A stretch of DNA of 64,000 nucleotides from Octopus vulgaris (taxonomy: Eukaryota). How positions within the stretch are numbered: the first letter of the stretch is position 1; the number at the start of each line of letters is the position of its first letter. A program made the translations under genes and the position numbers. The notes beneath the pieces were generated by a model. That model had not been told where the DNA came from. It was given only the letters and a program-made list of their open reading frames with translations, and made no database searches. The stretch is taken from NCBI GenBank assembly GCA_951406725.2, contig OX597815.1:42532001-42596000 (forward strand). Direction: 5' to 3'. This document shows, one piece after another, positions 48,860 to 62,302 of this stretch.

Positions 48860-49963
48860 CAGGTCATCCCATAAGTTCTGTCCGATTACACCTTTTCTTT
48901 TTTACAACTGAATGAAATTTAATAGTATTTTAGAATGTGTAAAGGAATTAAAAAGTATTTTTATGCATTTGTGTTCATTTAAGCTAATTAAATATTATTT
49001 TACAGAATAATAGAATTAAAATTTCTTTGATTAAAACCCTTTCTAACATGGAAGCATCCAAAGAGCATTTGAGGCAAATAATGCTTTATGAGTACAAAAA
49101 AGGAAACTCTGCAGCTGAAGCGACTCGAAACATACACTCAGTTTATAGGAAATAATGCTTGAATGAAAGAACTACCAGAAGATGCTTTGCAAAATTCAGA
49201 AGTGGAGATTTCAGTCTTGAAGATGAAGCTCGAACAGGACGTCCAGTTGAGTTTGATGATAAGATCCTTCAGGCATTACTTGAAGAAAATCCTGCATTAT
49301 CAGTTGAAGAATTGGCAATAAAGCTTAGTTCAAACCATACAAATGTTCATCGTCATCTTCAACAACTTGGAAAGGTTCCTAAACTTGGAAAATGGGTGCC
49401 TCCTGAATTGTTCGAAAGCAACCGCAAATTCAGAGTTGACATCTGCTCTTCTCTCCATTCTCGCGAACTCATTTCACCCTTTTTGGATAGACTTGTGACT
49501 GATGACGAAAAATGGATCTTCTATCGAAATGTTAAACGTCGTAAACAGTGGCTTGGTAAAAGGCGAAAAGCTCAACCACAACCGAGAAGGGTTCTTCTCT
49601 CTATCTGATGAGATTGCAAAGGAGTAATTCAGAAGATCGAAGAGCTTGATTGGGAAAACATTTCTCATCCACCTTAGTCTCCCGACCTTGCTTCTTCAGA
49701 CTATCATTTGTTTCGTAGTTTATAGAATCATTTGTGGGACAACTTTCGGAAGCCAGGAGGAGGTCGAAACTGACATTTCAGACTTCTTCGCTTTGAAACC
49801 AAAAGAGTTTTACGTTGATGGGATTAAAATGCTTGTAAATAGATGAAAGGAAGTCATAAATAATCAGGGAAAGTACATTGATGATTAAATTTCAATTAAA
49901 TATAACATTCGATCATTTGATTTCTTTATTCACAATTCGGACAGAACTTAGGAGATGACCTGA
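48859..49963 (+). mobile_element. Mariner element (cecropia/Hsmar1-like), internally deleted, inserted in the microsatellite of a family B SINE
   Basis: TIRs TCAGGTCATCCCATAAGTTCTGTCCGA / TCGGACAGAACTTAGGAGATGACCTGA with TA TSD; the SINE halves lie at 48590-48850 and 49965-50065. Confidence 0.92.
49048..49887 (+). pseudogene. Mariner DD34D transposase pseudogene
   Basis: MEASKEHLRQIMLYEY, FRSGDFSLEDEARTGRP, WVPPEL, DEKW, HPP*SPDLASSDYHLF; stops and a deletion near 49620. Confidence 0.9.
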
Positions 49964-52845
49964 TATACATGTGCATACGATGGGCTCCTTCAGTTTTCGT
50001 CTGTGAAATCCACTCACAAGGTTTTGGTCGGCTCAGGGCTATAGTAGAAGATACCTGCCCAAGACGTACACACACAAACAAACACAAACTCACTCTCTCT
50101 CTCACATACGCGCGCGCGCACACACAAACATACACACACGCATAGAAAGACAATTTGATCAGGATTGATCTGAAGTTAAATAGCAATTACTAAATTTGTT
50201 TTTCTTTCATAGTTTCCTATAATATTCGTTGTTTACTTTAAGAAATGTAGTAAGCTAAGTAGGAGCTGAGCGGCCGAAATAGTTTCACTCTTTTGAACAC
50301 TTTACAAAAATATTACGTGAACCTCTTTCTGGTTGGTCGATTTACAAAATATAGTAGCCGAAAGTGCCTGAAATTTTGTCTAACTACTGAAATAAAGGAA
50401 TATAGACTCTGGATACAGTATACCGGAATGAGATTCTGTGTTTTTTGTGCAAGGTACACATACGTTCACGAATACAACGCGTTTTAGAGACACAGTTAGG
50501 CTCAATGCAACTGACAATGATAATGTGAGCCAATGGGCGAACTTCTACTTCGTAACTCAATCTAGGAGAAATAGCAGCCAAATCTTCCATATATGACACT
50601 CAACCGTCATAACATATTGGAGACGTTGAAGACAAGGTAGTCCTGAAAATATAATTACAATATCAGCAAAAAGACGAGGTGGGCATAACTTGAATGTTTT
50701 TGAATACTGACAGGCTCATCCAGAGACCATCAACGGATCAACAGCAACAACAACAATAAAATCTATAACAACCATCAATTGTGATGTAATTTAGAGAACG
50801 CCATTCTGGGGGGTCAGCATAACCAATAGATTCTTTTAATACTGATCTAATATTATCCAAGAATCACAATGCCCTAGCTGTATTGTCCGAAACTAAGACA
50901 TTAAAAAAAATTCAGCTATGGTCGACTTAGCTGGAAATTATGTAAAAAAATCAATGGTCATGTTTAATTAGGGAGTTATTCATAAGTTTACTGTAAGTAA
51001 ATATTCGATACCTGCAGAAGCTAACTTAATCTTGTTCAACTGGATTTTTAATAAAACTGCAGCAGGTTCTGTCAGATATGTAAAGCATGCAGTGGCGTTG
51101 TGATCTGTTCCTGCTGAGAATCCTACGGTTGTTATCTTTTAAGCCAGTTTACCGACATTAAAATAAATAATGCATTCATATCCACTAATGGTCTATGGTA
51201 ATTATTTCCGGGTGATGTACAATCAATTAATCAATCATCCAATCAATCAGACCAACCAATCATATTACATCTTATTATATCACATTGTATTATACCATAG
51301 CATATCAAGAGACGAGGTGACCGAATAGATAGAAATCCAGACAGCAACGGAGTGTTGGTGTATCTTGTCACCCGTCAGGGACGTTGCGTTGTGTATGTGG
51401 CTAGGATAATGTAACTCTTAAGTGTCCAGTCCATCCAATAAAAAATGACCACTACGTAGAAAGAATTCTCCATTTCAAGCAGACAGTACTGTAAATTTGC
51501 CAAGTGATTCGTCAGTTTATTGTTCTGAGACCTTCAGGCCAGCCACGAAAGTAGTTTAGTGATGGATTGACCCTTGAAAGATGGATTTATGCAATATGCA
51601 CTACTTGAAGAGAATCATACGATTCAATGTAGAGATAGTCCTACGATTCAGTTGGCTAATCTAAATTAGATTGAACATTTTAATGTGGCTTGATTTTGTT
51701 TTATCTCCGTTATTACTTCTATCGATTTTGAAGGCAGCAATTAACAATTCTATATTTATATTCTTTTCTCGACCAACAACTGCATTGAATTTATGACGTA
51801 TGCCTTATGATCAGTCTTCCAACTCACTCGGAATTCGTACGTACATATATATGTACAAACACACACGCACACACACAGACACAGACACACACACACACAC
51901 GTATGTATGTATGTATGTATGTATGTATGTATGTATGTATGCATGGATGTAATTATAGTCATTTATAGCCGAAGTAGAACATTCAACCACAGTACTGTGT
52001 TCTAACCAAGCAACACATCAAATTCAATCAAATTAAGTGATTCGCTGGTGAGGTTTTCCGTTTGCTCTTGTTCAAAACTATTGTCTTGCCAAAAAAGCAG
52101 AAATGTGTAATTCATTATGTATATATATTTTCCCTCATCTTTCACCTTGAGCATTTATACTGCACGGGATGGCCCTTGAGTTTGCAGCCCTCACGAGAAA
52201 CACTACATATTTCATATAAAAAGAGTGTCGTTGCCCACTCAATTCCATCTAGAGCTTATAGCACCATCGTTCCCTTAATAATAATACATTCAAACACAAC
52301 TTTTCAAACAAGAAGTGGACATCTTTTCCACTTATCTATTTCAACTCTGCGAAACATGGGTTTTGGTAAAGACGATTGGAAAGAAAGTAATCAGCCAGAC
52401 TTTGATCCTGTACTTGGTTGTAACTCTTCTGGCTGTAACCCAACGAGTTATTTTCGTCAGATTATACGAGTGCAGACATGATCCAAAACTTGTAGGCTAA
52501 GCCACTAAGTTGGTCAGTCTATCTATAAACTTCCATCCGGCTACTGATATTGTAAAACGTATTGTCAGAAATTAATTACTGACTAAACTCTATGGATGCA
52601 GCAGATTTCAGGTTGTGCTAACTGGGATATACAGCATGCTATGAAAGCACAAACAAAATGAATTTACAACAATGCATAGTTATTGAAGCAAAACCTTTTG
52701 GTTTAAGGCCAAATTATAATGCTGCAGGCAAACGTAAAATACTGAAATATTGGCACGTCTTTTATTTTAAGTGCATGTTACAGTGAAGATCGCCTATTTG
52801 TCTTCAATATGTCATCTCTGAAACATTCGTTCTAATCGGGACTGC

Positions 52846-52902
<57 letters not shown>

Positions 52903-52905
<3 letters not shown>

Positions 52906-53166
52906 CGTCTCCTGTCTGGCCGTAAGGACAGATTCTGTTTATTTATTTATGTTCGTAAGTTCACATTTCGTCTCGTTTTCGTGTCTGCATGGTTGGTCAC
53001 TTGTTCGTTGGCTCACCATTTCCGGCGGCTTCTTGCTGCCGGTGCCACCAGAAGAGAATTACAATTATCGTTCAAGGCGCGAAATTGCGTTTGACCCTCT
53101 GGCTGATGACTGATGAGGATTTGGTGACCTGTGTCTGTTTGTTTGTGCATTTATTATGTTTTTAAA

Positions 53167-53168
<2 letters not shown>
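52903..53168 (+). mobile_element. Small element inserted in (TA)n, possibly a decayed Penelope terminal repeat
   Basis: (TA)n on both sides; CAGAAGA...GAAATTGCGTT hammerhead-like relic; 3' end TTTAAACT(TA)n resembles the end at 28160. Confidence 0.35.
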
Positions 53169-53211
<43 letters not shown>

Positions 53212-53399
53212 ATACTTCAGGATGGTCTTTTTTTGCCAATTAAAATACACGCATTATTTGATATTTACTTTAATTTTATTAGTATTATTTTCTTTTAAGT
53301 TTGTTCGTCCGCCAAAGTTCTTTCGTCACACATTCTGTAACCTCCTCAACGATTGTCTACCCCATGTGTCTCTTGTCCTGCCTATTCCATTTTGTTTAT

Positions 53400-53401
53400 T
53401 T

Positions 53402-53467
<66 letters not shown>

Positions 53468-53488
53468 GTGTCTGTCTGTCTGTCTATG

Positions 53489-53563
<75 letters not shown>

Positions 53564-53575
53564 ATATATATATAT
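53400..53575. repeat. Compound (TC)n/(TCTG)n/(TCTA)n/(TA)n
   Basis: Direct inspection. Confidence 0.9.
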
Positions 53576-53788
53576 TACAGTAAAGGCTCACAAATGTAAT
53601 ATAAGGAGTGGAAAAACTTCGATCATCTAAGATTATCCAGACAATTAAAAGGTAATATTTCACTGTATGGGTGTTTAACAAACAAATAAGGGAAGCGGTA
53701 ACTCCAGTAAGATCAGTTAATTGAAGTTGTGAATGAAGTTTATGAAATAACTTCTTGCAGAATGTTAAATGAACCCTCGGAATAGTCA

Positions 53789-53985
53789 GTTGATTATATA
53801 AAATCTTAAGTTACATTCTAGCTGTATATGTGACTAACGATCGGATTGGTTATATATAATCTTAAGTTACGTTCAAGTAGTAATAAATATTAAGGATTAA
53901 TCAGTCGGTTATATATAATCTTAAGTCACGTTGTAGTGGTATATAAGATTAACCATCATATTAATAAGTTGGTTGTATGTAATCT
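53789..53985. repeat. Degenerate ~57-63-bp tandem repeat, 4 units
   Basis: Core GGTTATATATAATCTTAAGTTAC recurs at ~53790, 53848, 53907 and 53971. Confidence 0.7.
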
Positions 53986-55431
53986 CCAGAGAGTTCTAAC
54001 TACGGGTTTAAGCAATCAGATTCATGAAATCTTTTAATTCGCGTTTAATGTTTGCTTTGTTTTAAGGCCAAGTACTTTGCACCTGAAGAGTTTATCGCTC
54101 TTCTAATTGTAAACTCAAATTGTATTATAAACAATTTAAAAACACTCACTGAAACCTTTTATATATCTAATTTATAAAATTTTTTACATAATTCAAGAAA
54201 AATTAATTCACAAGAAGTATTCGAGACGCGACAAATATGGTATATTTGCAATATGTTAAAAATCAACATGAGCTACACTTCTGTAATAAACTGATAAGAT
54301 AATGGTACCGTGAATTTCCAAAACTAAGAGAAATAGGAAAGTTAGAGATTTAAGGTTTTCTAAGAACTGGTGATATAAGTGAAGCGGTTGCAACTGTGAT
54401 CGAAATCAAATAAGTTGTCTATATGCATTGAGGGTTTAACACGCTCCAGAAACAATTATCTTTTATAGAGGTATAAAACATTTCTGAAGGATTGCGATAC
54501 AGGGAGGTCAGCACATACCGAGAGGATTACTGACATAAAATAATTTCAAAAATGCTTCAGGAACCTGATATCTTGATTCAAGAAGCTGAGAGCGTATATT
54601 TTACTAAACTATGTTCGATATTTACTTAACAAAAACGGATTTTTTTATTTAATTTTTTTCGTACCTGCCTCGGATTTATAGACAGAAATGATCTTCTATG
54701 ACGCTCATACATTTCTTGTGAGCATTGGTTCGTCAGTGACAACTTTCCTTTCGTTGCGGCCATCTTGAATGTTATCATTGGAGTTATTGTTGTTTTTGCT
54801 GATCGTTTGTTTAGCTACCAGATATATTAAGCTTCGGAATTTTATATGAATCTCACAATAGATGAAAAGGGAAAAAAATTAAGTTGACAAATTGCGTTTC
54901 AAACCATAATTATACATCAGCTTCTTAGAGAAATTGAAGAAGCGAGATTTTTTTTCCGTAAAGATTATAATCTCTGTGGTTATTATTTAGACAGAGGTCA
55001 GGCTTGATCCAGCAGACATTTTAATCATAAATTTTCCATCTTTTATTCATGCAAAATGTATCTAGGACTACTTTATCTAATGTGTTCTTAGTTTCATAAT
55101 ACATGCGATTTTAGGGGTATTTATTGTTATTTCTAGAAAGTCGAGCGACCACTTAAACTCTCTTAGTTGACTTGTACTTCTATTTGCTATTGATATTGTT
55201 GTTTAGGAACATATAAAGCTTAATAGGGACGTGTGACTAAATAGATTCCAGACATTATCATACTGTATTATTTGATATATAGAACTACATTGTCCAATGT
55301 GTCATTTCTGTAAGACAGCAGAGGGAATTTGGCTGCGATTTTTAGCTCGTAAAACGACTTTGTAAGGGCATTCTCGATGGGTTTTTTTATAGTGAATTAA
55401 TTCGTAGAGAAAGAGAAAGAGATAGATTGAT

Positions 55432-55537
<106 letters not shown>

Positions 55538-56311
55538 AAGGAATAATATATTCCCCACAACCAATATGAGTTTGCCGGAGCTGGTAAGTTACTGTATTTT
55601 CTGGCGTGCAAGTCGACGTAGAATATAGTGTAAAAATGTAGCGTAAGCATTCAAACATCGTCACTGTCTTTCCAAATCCTGTTGAACTCACGCAGACATT
55701 TTGATCGTACAAGGTCGTTTTTATGTACAATTCGAACTACCTTTTTGGATGTAGATTTTGGTCTGAGATATTTGACTATATGTGCTTTCTGCTTTCATTA
55801 CAACATCTCTTCATTTTTTGCGCCGGCTCTGTGCATTGAAAATCTTGTGGATCAACAGTACATCAAGGACGCACTTACTTTTACAGTCTCTTTACTATCA
55901 ACAATAGTGCTTCTCAAAGTATAATCGACTTTCCTCTCTCCTCAAAATTACTGACTTTGTGCCAAAATTGAGCAACCAAAATATTGTTTCGATATTCCAT
56001 AGTATATTGAGATACTGATGAAATGGCTTAATTTGTAGTTAGTCTTTTAATGACAAAGGGCATTGTTGTTGGTAACAATCTTGTGGTGTATTAAATTTTG
56101 ATGAATCGTAGCAAGGGGACATTGAAAAGTACTAGCAAGAGATAAGGGAGCAATAGTTAAAAGTAGTTAGGGAAGCACTGGTTTATAGTAACTACTCCAT
56201 CTCTCTCTCTCCATGATACCTATTTGAAAGGGATAGATTTTGTTTAGCTTTAACTATCTGTACGGTATCTGGTAATGTTTAACGTGTTGCCATTGATATT
56301 ACTAATCCTAA

Positions 56312-56876
56312 TAAGGCGGCGAGCTGGCGGAAACGTTAGCACGCCGGGCGAAATGCGTAGCCGTATTTCGTCTGTCGTTATGTTCTGAGTTCAAATTCCG
56401 CCGAGGTTGACTTTGCCTTTCATCCTTTCGGGGTCGATAAATTAAGTACCAGTTACGCACTGGGGTCGATATAATCGACTTAATCCGTTTGTCTGACCTT
56501 GTTTGTCCTCTCTGTGTTTAGCCCCTTGTGGGTAGTAAAGAAATAGGTATTTCGTCTGCCGCTACGTTCCGAGTTCAAATTCCGCCGAGGTCGACTTTGC
56601 CTTTCATCCTTTCGGGGTCGGTTAAATAAGTACCAGTTATGCACTGGGGTCGATATAATCAACATAATCCGTTTGTCTGTCCTTGTTTGTTCCCTCTGTG
56701 TTTAGCCCCTTGTTGGTAGTGAAGAAATAAGAATTGTTTGCACGCCGGGTGAAATGCTTAGAGGTATTTCGTGTGCTGCTACGTTCTGAGTTCAAATTCC
56801 GCTGAGGTCGACTTTTCCTTAATCGACTTGTCCTCTCCCTTCAAATTTCAGGCTTCGTGCCTATAGTAGAAAGGAT
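56312..56876 (+). mobile_element. SINE family A composite
   Basis: Head plus repeated modules. Confidence 0.85.
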
Positions 56877-57186
56877 ATTACTACTGCTAATTTTACTTTT
56901 ATTCGTACAAATATTATTATAGTTGTATGTAATATAATTTGCGCTATTTTTACTGTCTTTGTTGTTATTTTTATTGCTTTTGTAGCTATTCTTATTTCAG
57001 CTGATACAATAACTGTAGAATAGAGTGGCGTTATTATTGTTGTTGTTAATGTCGTTGCAATTTCTGTTATTTATATTGCAACTAATCTGATTTCGATTGC
57101 CAGAGTAATTGCATATATTACCATTAATGTCAGTGGTGGTGGTGGTGCTGCTGCTGGTGCTACTGCTGCTGCTGGTGCTGGTGCTA

Positions 57187-57316
57187 CTGTTGTTGTTGTT
57201 GTTAAGCAACAAGACGGGTAAGGGTGATTAGGTGATGGTCTAGGGCTTAGGGGCGGGAGACCCCAGACCTTGAAAAAAAAAAGAAATTTTGGTCGTTTTG
57301 TTGTAGTTGAGGGCTC
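57187..57316 (-). mobile_element. Second copy of the (AAC)n-tailed retroelement end
   Basis: Reverse complement of 22135-22262. Confidence 0.6.
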
Positions 57317-57321
57317 TACTA

Positions 57322-57444
<123 letters not shown>

Positions 57445-57948
57445 TCATCATCACAGTATCCCATATCTATAAGCAATAATTCTCATGATTTTGTTGCTAT
57501 TGCTGTCTTTTTCTCCCCTTTCTGTTGCTGTTTTTTTTTTGTTCTAACATTCAGAGTTCAAGTTCGGCCGGAGTCGATATTTGCCATTCATCTCTCTCTC
57601 TTTCTGGGATCTATAAAACAAATAGCAGATATGTGCTTGAACTGATTTAATCCATTATAGTCTTTTCCTCTCGAAATGTTTGGCCTTCTATTATTGTCAT
57701 TATTGTTTTATTCTCATTAAATTATAGCAGCATGAAGTTACAGTGGCTTCTACGGTGGCTTCTACTGTTACTGATATTGCTGCTGCTGTTGCTGCTTCTA
57801 CACCGTAGCAACAAATAAATATAAAGATACTGATGCTGTTATTAAGCTCTGTGTTGTTAACAGTGTACGAAGAGAAACCTCATGAGAAGAGGCATTTTAA
57901 CCGCTTCTGTTTGGACCTTTGATGGTGGATATTGTTGGGATTACGCTA

Positions 57949-58166
57949 TGCGAGGTATGCTGAAAAGTTCCTGGCTTTGGGTAAAAGAAAATACAGGAGG
58001 ATCAGTTAATTACAATTTTATTCAACATATTCCCCTCTCAGATTCACACACTTATTGCAGCGGTCCTTCAGTTTTTCTAAGCCATGTAAAAGAACTGGGA
58101 AGGTTGGACCCTCAACTAGACCTTTCGCGAGACCCTTAAAACCAGGAATTTTTCAGCACTTCTCGT
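57949..58166. mobile_element. Mariner-derived MITE (~218 bp)
   Basis: TIRs CGAGGTATGCTGAAAAGTTCCTGG / CCAGGAATTTTTCAGCACTTCTCG, TA-flanked. Confidence 0.75.
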
Positions 58167-58384
58167 ATAATATAATTTTAATTTTTTTTTCAGGAATGTG
58201 AAGTGTGATTTGAGGAAAATTTGATTGCTATTTTTAGCAGATCGACCGATTATAACGAAACTTGCTGGTTTTTTTTTTTGCTTCTTTTAAGGAATAACTC
58301 CCGTAATTTTTAGAATAAGGAACATGTTTTTGAGAGAAATTCATTCCTTTCTCCGGATCATTACCGCATATTTCATATGGTTCA

Positions 58385-58834
58385 AACATGTTTCTCAATT
58401 GGGGTTCATATGAGCCCTGGGGGGTCAATGTAAGACTTTGGAGGGTCCAAGCAAGCGGAATAACAAATTAAGGATCCAAGTAGTATTTTAAGTGTCCATG
58501 AAAAAATTTTGCTATAGATGTATGTATTGCATGAAACAACTAGGTTTCGTTCTCTGACATTTTATACAAGTTGCATTATATAAAATTTGGAGGGAGGGGA
58601 CTAGTCGATTAAGGCAAAGTCGACCTCAGCGGAATTTGAACTCAGAACGTAGCAGCACGCGAAATATCTCTAGTAAACTTACACAAGTTAATTTTATATA
58701 GTTCAACTTACACACGAGATTTTGAAAGAAGTTTCCATAAAACTAGTTTGTTAACATTGAATGGCTATTGGGGTCCAGCCGAATAAAACTGTAATCACAG
58801 GGGTTCATATGCTAAAGATTGTTGAGACTTACTG
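58385..58834. mobile_element. Possible hAT/Charlie-type MITE with a SINE fragment inside
   Basis: Ends TGTTTCTCAA...TTGAGACTTACTG; repeated GGGGTTCAT/GGGTCC subterminal motifs. Confidence 0.45.
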
Positions 58835-58939
58835 GTTTAAATGGCTGATATCAAATTGAATCTAACTTGTTTAATTTCTGTGACAGCTACATTCGCTTCA
58901 ATAACTAGAAAAGTTTTATCCGAGATTGGTTCTTCAATC

Positions 58940-59340
58940 CTTCATTATCATCATTGTTCGACCGTGGTCGAGACAATGGAATTTACCATGCTACGCCAGA
59001 CTTCACGGTCCATCATAGCATTACGGAGGTCCTGTTGCTGGATGCCTGTATCCCTGGAGATTACATCAGGGTAGGAGAGTGTGCGCCCTCTGGTATTGCG
59101 AGTAGATGGCTTCTAGAGGAGAAGAGTAGAAATTACCTCTTTTTCAGCTCTACAACAATGTCCAGCAAACTGGACTCTCTTACCCTTCACAAGAGATGAC
59201 AAATGTGGTAGTTTCCTATATATTTGCATTTTGGTTGGATGCCGCTTCCACGAGAGATTTTGAGCTCTCATAAGGAGGCGAGTGCAGGTTCCATCCAACC
59301 GCCTCTCAAGCTTCTTTCAAAGCCACAGTCGAAACAGTTC
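58940..59340 (-). pseudogene. 3' end of an RTE-type LINE
   Basis: RLDGTCTRLLMRAQNLSWKRHPT..IY..LP..S..RVQFAGHC.R, then DREVWR and a (TGA)n-like tail. Confidence 0.8.
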
Positions 59341-59369
59341 TACTATAATTCAATCCTTAATAAGACATG

Positions 59370-59575
59370 AAAGCTTTAACAACCTGAAATTTTGGAGAAG
59401 AGGGCTAGTCAGTTAATTTGATCCCACTGCTAAACTGATACTTATTTTATCGACCTCAAAATAATGAAATGCAAAGTCGCCTTCGGAGGAATTTGAACTC
59501 AGAACGTAAAACCGGAAGAAATGCCGTTACGCAATTTGTCCAGTGCGCTAACAATTCTGCCACTTCTTCACCATC
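59370..59575 (-). mobile_element. Old SINE family A copy
   Basis: Family core. Confidence 0.7.
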
Positions 59576-59949
59576 AACGCCTTAGAATTAATTGAGAGTT
59601 GATTTGAATAGAAAACTAAGTATCGTCTGTTTCAGTTCATTACAACATTTCAACTGTATATGTTCGTGATTTAGGCTCATGGCCTTTAGTTTTGACAGCA
59701 TTAACTCTGATAATTGACAAGTACTTTATTTCATCGACCCCGAAATGATGTAAGGCAGGGTTAGTTTTGATGAGATTTAAGTGCAAGTCATAAAGATGCA
59801 GAAGAAATACCGCAAAACATTGTTTCGTTTCGACGAACAAACAATTCCACCAATTTTGTTGATTTACGTTTCTGTTACGAAGTATTGAACTCGCTAGCCC
59901 TTCAATTGAATATCTCCACTTGATTCTATACATTAGCCGATATGAATAG

Positions 59950-60375
59950 GCGCGAGCATGGCTCTGTGGTTAAGAAGCTCGCTTTGCAACCATGTGGTTT
60001 CGGATTCAGTTCTACAGCCCAACACCTTGGGCAGGTGTCTTCTACTGTAAACTCTGCCGACCTGTGCCTTGTGAGTGAATTTGGTGAACAGAAACTGTGT
60101 GGAAGCCTGTCCCACAGACAAACACACACACATACACATATACATAATCTGTGTGTGTGTCTTTGTGTCTGTCTTTGTCCCCTCCTCGCTTGACTACTGG
60201 TGTTGGTTCATTTACGTCCCCGTAACTTAACGATTCGGCATAAAAGACCGATAGAATAAGTACCAGACTTTAAAAAGGAAAAGAAGGACTGGGGAGGATT
60301 CATTCGAATAAAACCGTTCAAGGCGGTACCCCAGCCTGGCCGCAGCACAATGTCTGAAACATGAAGACAGAAGAA
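59950..60375 (+). mobile_element. SINE family B
   Basis: TGGCTCTGTGG A-box, ACCTTGGGCAGGT, internal microsatellite, tail. Confidence 0.8.
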
Positions 60376-60827
60376 AATACAGACAAACATCGTACGCTAT
60401 AGTGCAGAATTTTATTAATTGTTTGAAATTTCTTGATGCTATTCAAGATATTATTGAGTAAGAAATTTCCTTGTTTGTCGTTGTAGATGTCGCTCTTTTT
60501 TTACGTGACTCGTAAGAAGATAATCTGATGCTTTTAAATTCCATAAAATCCCTCAAGTATAAGCTCTCAGATGAACTTATCTATGATTGTTAGCACCCAA
60601 CCAATAAACTGCGTCTTGCTTCCATATCTTCATCTTGCCAGTTTTACTAATTCTCATTCACTTAAACGCTTAAGTATCCCACACAAGAATATATTTCCTT
60701 TCTTTCTCTAAAATGAACCTAGTCTAACATGAAATTAATGACATTGATCTCTTCTTCTCTCTTTCTCTCTATTTATGTATATATATATATATTATATATA
60801 CACATACAATATTGATATTTAATTATA

Positions 60828-60858
<31 letters not shown>

Positions 60859-61469
60859 GTATATATATATAATATATTATATTATATAAAATATCAAATA
60901 CTTATATGCTATGTCTATCCATCCATCCATCCATCCATCCATCTATCAGAAGAAGTAGTAGTAGTAGTAGAAGAAGAAGAAGAAGAAGAAGAAGAAGAAG
61001 AAGAAGAAGAAGAAGAAGAAACTGCATAGATTATAGCCTTCTACTCGTTATCCTTAGAGTAGTTAATAAGCATTGTTCTGGCATATGGAACATTACTAGA
61101 AAGTTAGAACTTGTAACAGTTGCGTTAGTAACAGGTTATAAATCGATGGCCTATGTAAATAATAGACTCCTCAAGATGTTAGAAAGTTGTTTTGTAACGA
61201 AGAGAAATAAGTAGGGATGAAATTTAATGTGTTTGGAAAACGGTAATTAGCGAACATATAAAATACGGAGTTATTACTCAGCAGTGAAAGTCACATTAAT
61301 CATAGATTTTAGGATGCTCCGAATGGTTTATCAATGGTTTATAATTATTGTGTAGGTAGACACACTACGTGCATAAGCATGATTGTGTAGTTAAAAGGTG
61401 TCCTTAATATCAGTGTGGTTTAGGTTCGATCTCGCACAGTCCAGCACCTTGAACAACTGTCTTGTACCA

Positions 61470-61720
61470 CAGAGGCGCAAAGCCTAGTGGTCAAGGTGTA
61501 ATCAAGATCACAAGATCGTGGTTACGATTCCTGGACCGAGTGAAGCGTTGTGTTCTTGAGGAAGACACTTCATTTTAAGTTGCTCCAGTCTACTCAGCTG
61601 TATGTGAGTAATCTTGCGACAGACTGGCATCCCGTTCACGAGAGATGTCATGACCTCGACCACTTATACGTCAGGGAAACCGGCTCTGTCAATCCTAAGA
61701 CTCGAGACAGTAATGGTCAA
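61470..61720 (+). mobile_element. SINE family D-type copy
   Basis: tRNA-like head and TGCTCCAGTCTACTCAGCTGT. Confidence 0.6.
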
Positions 61721-62098
61721 GTGTTACTGATGCTGGTGATGACCTCAAAATCAGGTCCACCAAAATTTTCTGAGTGAAGTTTGGCAAATACAAACTGTAT
61801 GGAATCCTGGTGCATGGAATGAGAACGTGTAATGTCTCACAGGTAATGAAGCGAAAATGCAGCCGGAAGTACGATGGTTCGTGCCCTGTATGCAGCACAG
61901 TGTTATGACTATGTCGGAAAATACTGATATGAAAAAGCAATAGCATTCTCCCTTTTTAACACAAGAGAATTAACACAAGACCATATGGTAGCCAGAAGTC
62001 AAATTTCATAACGATTTCCTTTATATTCGCATGATCTGTTCAAATACTTACATACCACTTGAATTCATACTTCCTGCCAATATCTATAAGTATAGACA

Positions 62099-62302
62099 CG
62101 GCAGCGAGCTGGTAGAATCGTTAGCAAGTCGGGTAAAACTCTTAGTGGTATTTTTACGGCTCTATACATTCTAGGTTCAAATTCTGATGACGTCGACTTG
62201 ACTTTTTATCCTTTCGGATGAAAGTATCAGTTTAACCTTGGAGTCGATGTAATCAGCAGCCCCTTCTCACAAAATTTCAGACCCTGTGCCTATAGTAGAA
62301 AA
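62099..62302 (+). mobile_element. Old SINE family A monomer
   Basis: Head, core and tail motifs. Confidence 0.7.

Noticed and set aside
53000-53020. miR-375-like TTGTTCGTTGGCTC
   Set aside because: Seed mismatch, an indel and no hairpin.
45930-53985. CRISPR-like appearance of the 67-bp and ~60-bp repeats
   Set aside because: Eukaryotic context, the linkers are homologous to one another, and there are no cas genes.
51455-54100. Other CTGANGA matches (minus strand ~51510 and ~52454; plus strand ~54083)
   Set aside because: No stem II closed by GAAA with an NUH site and stem I.
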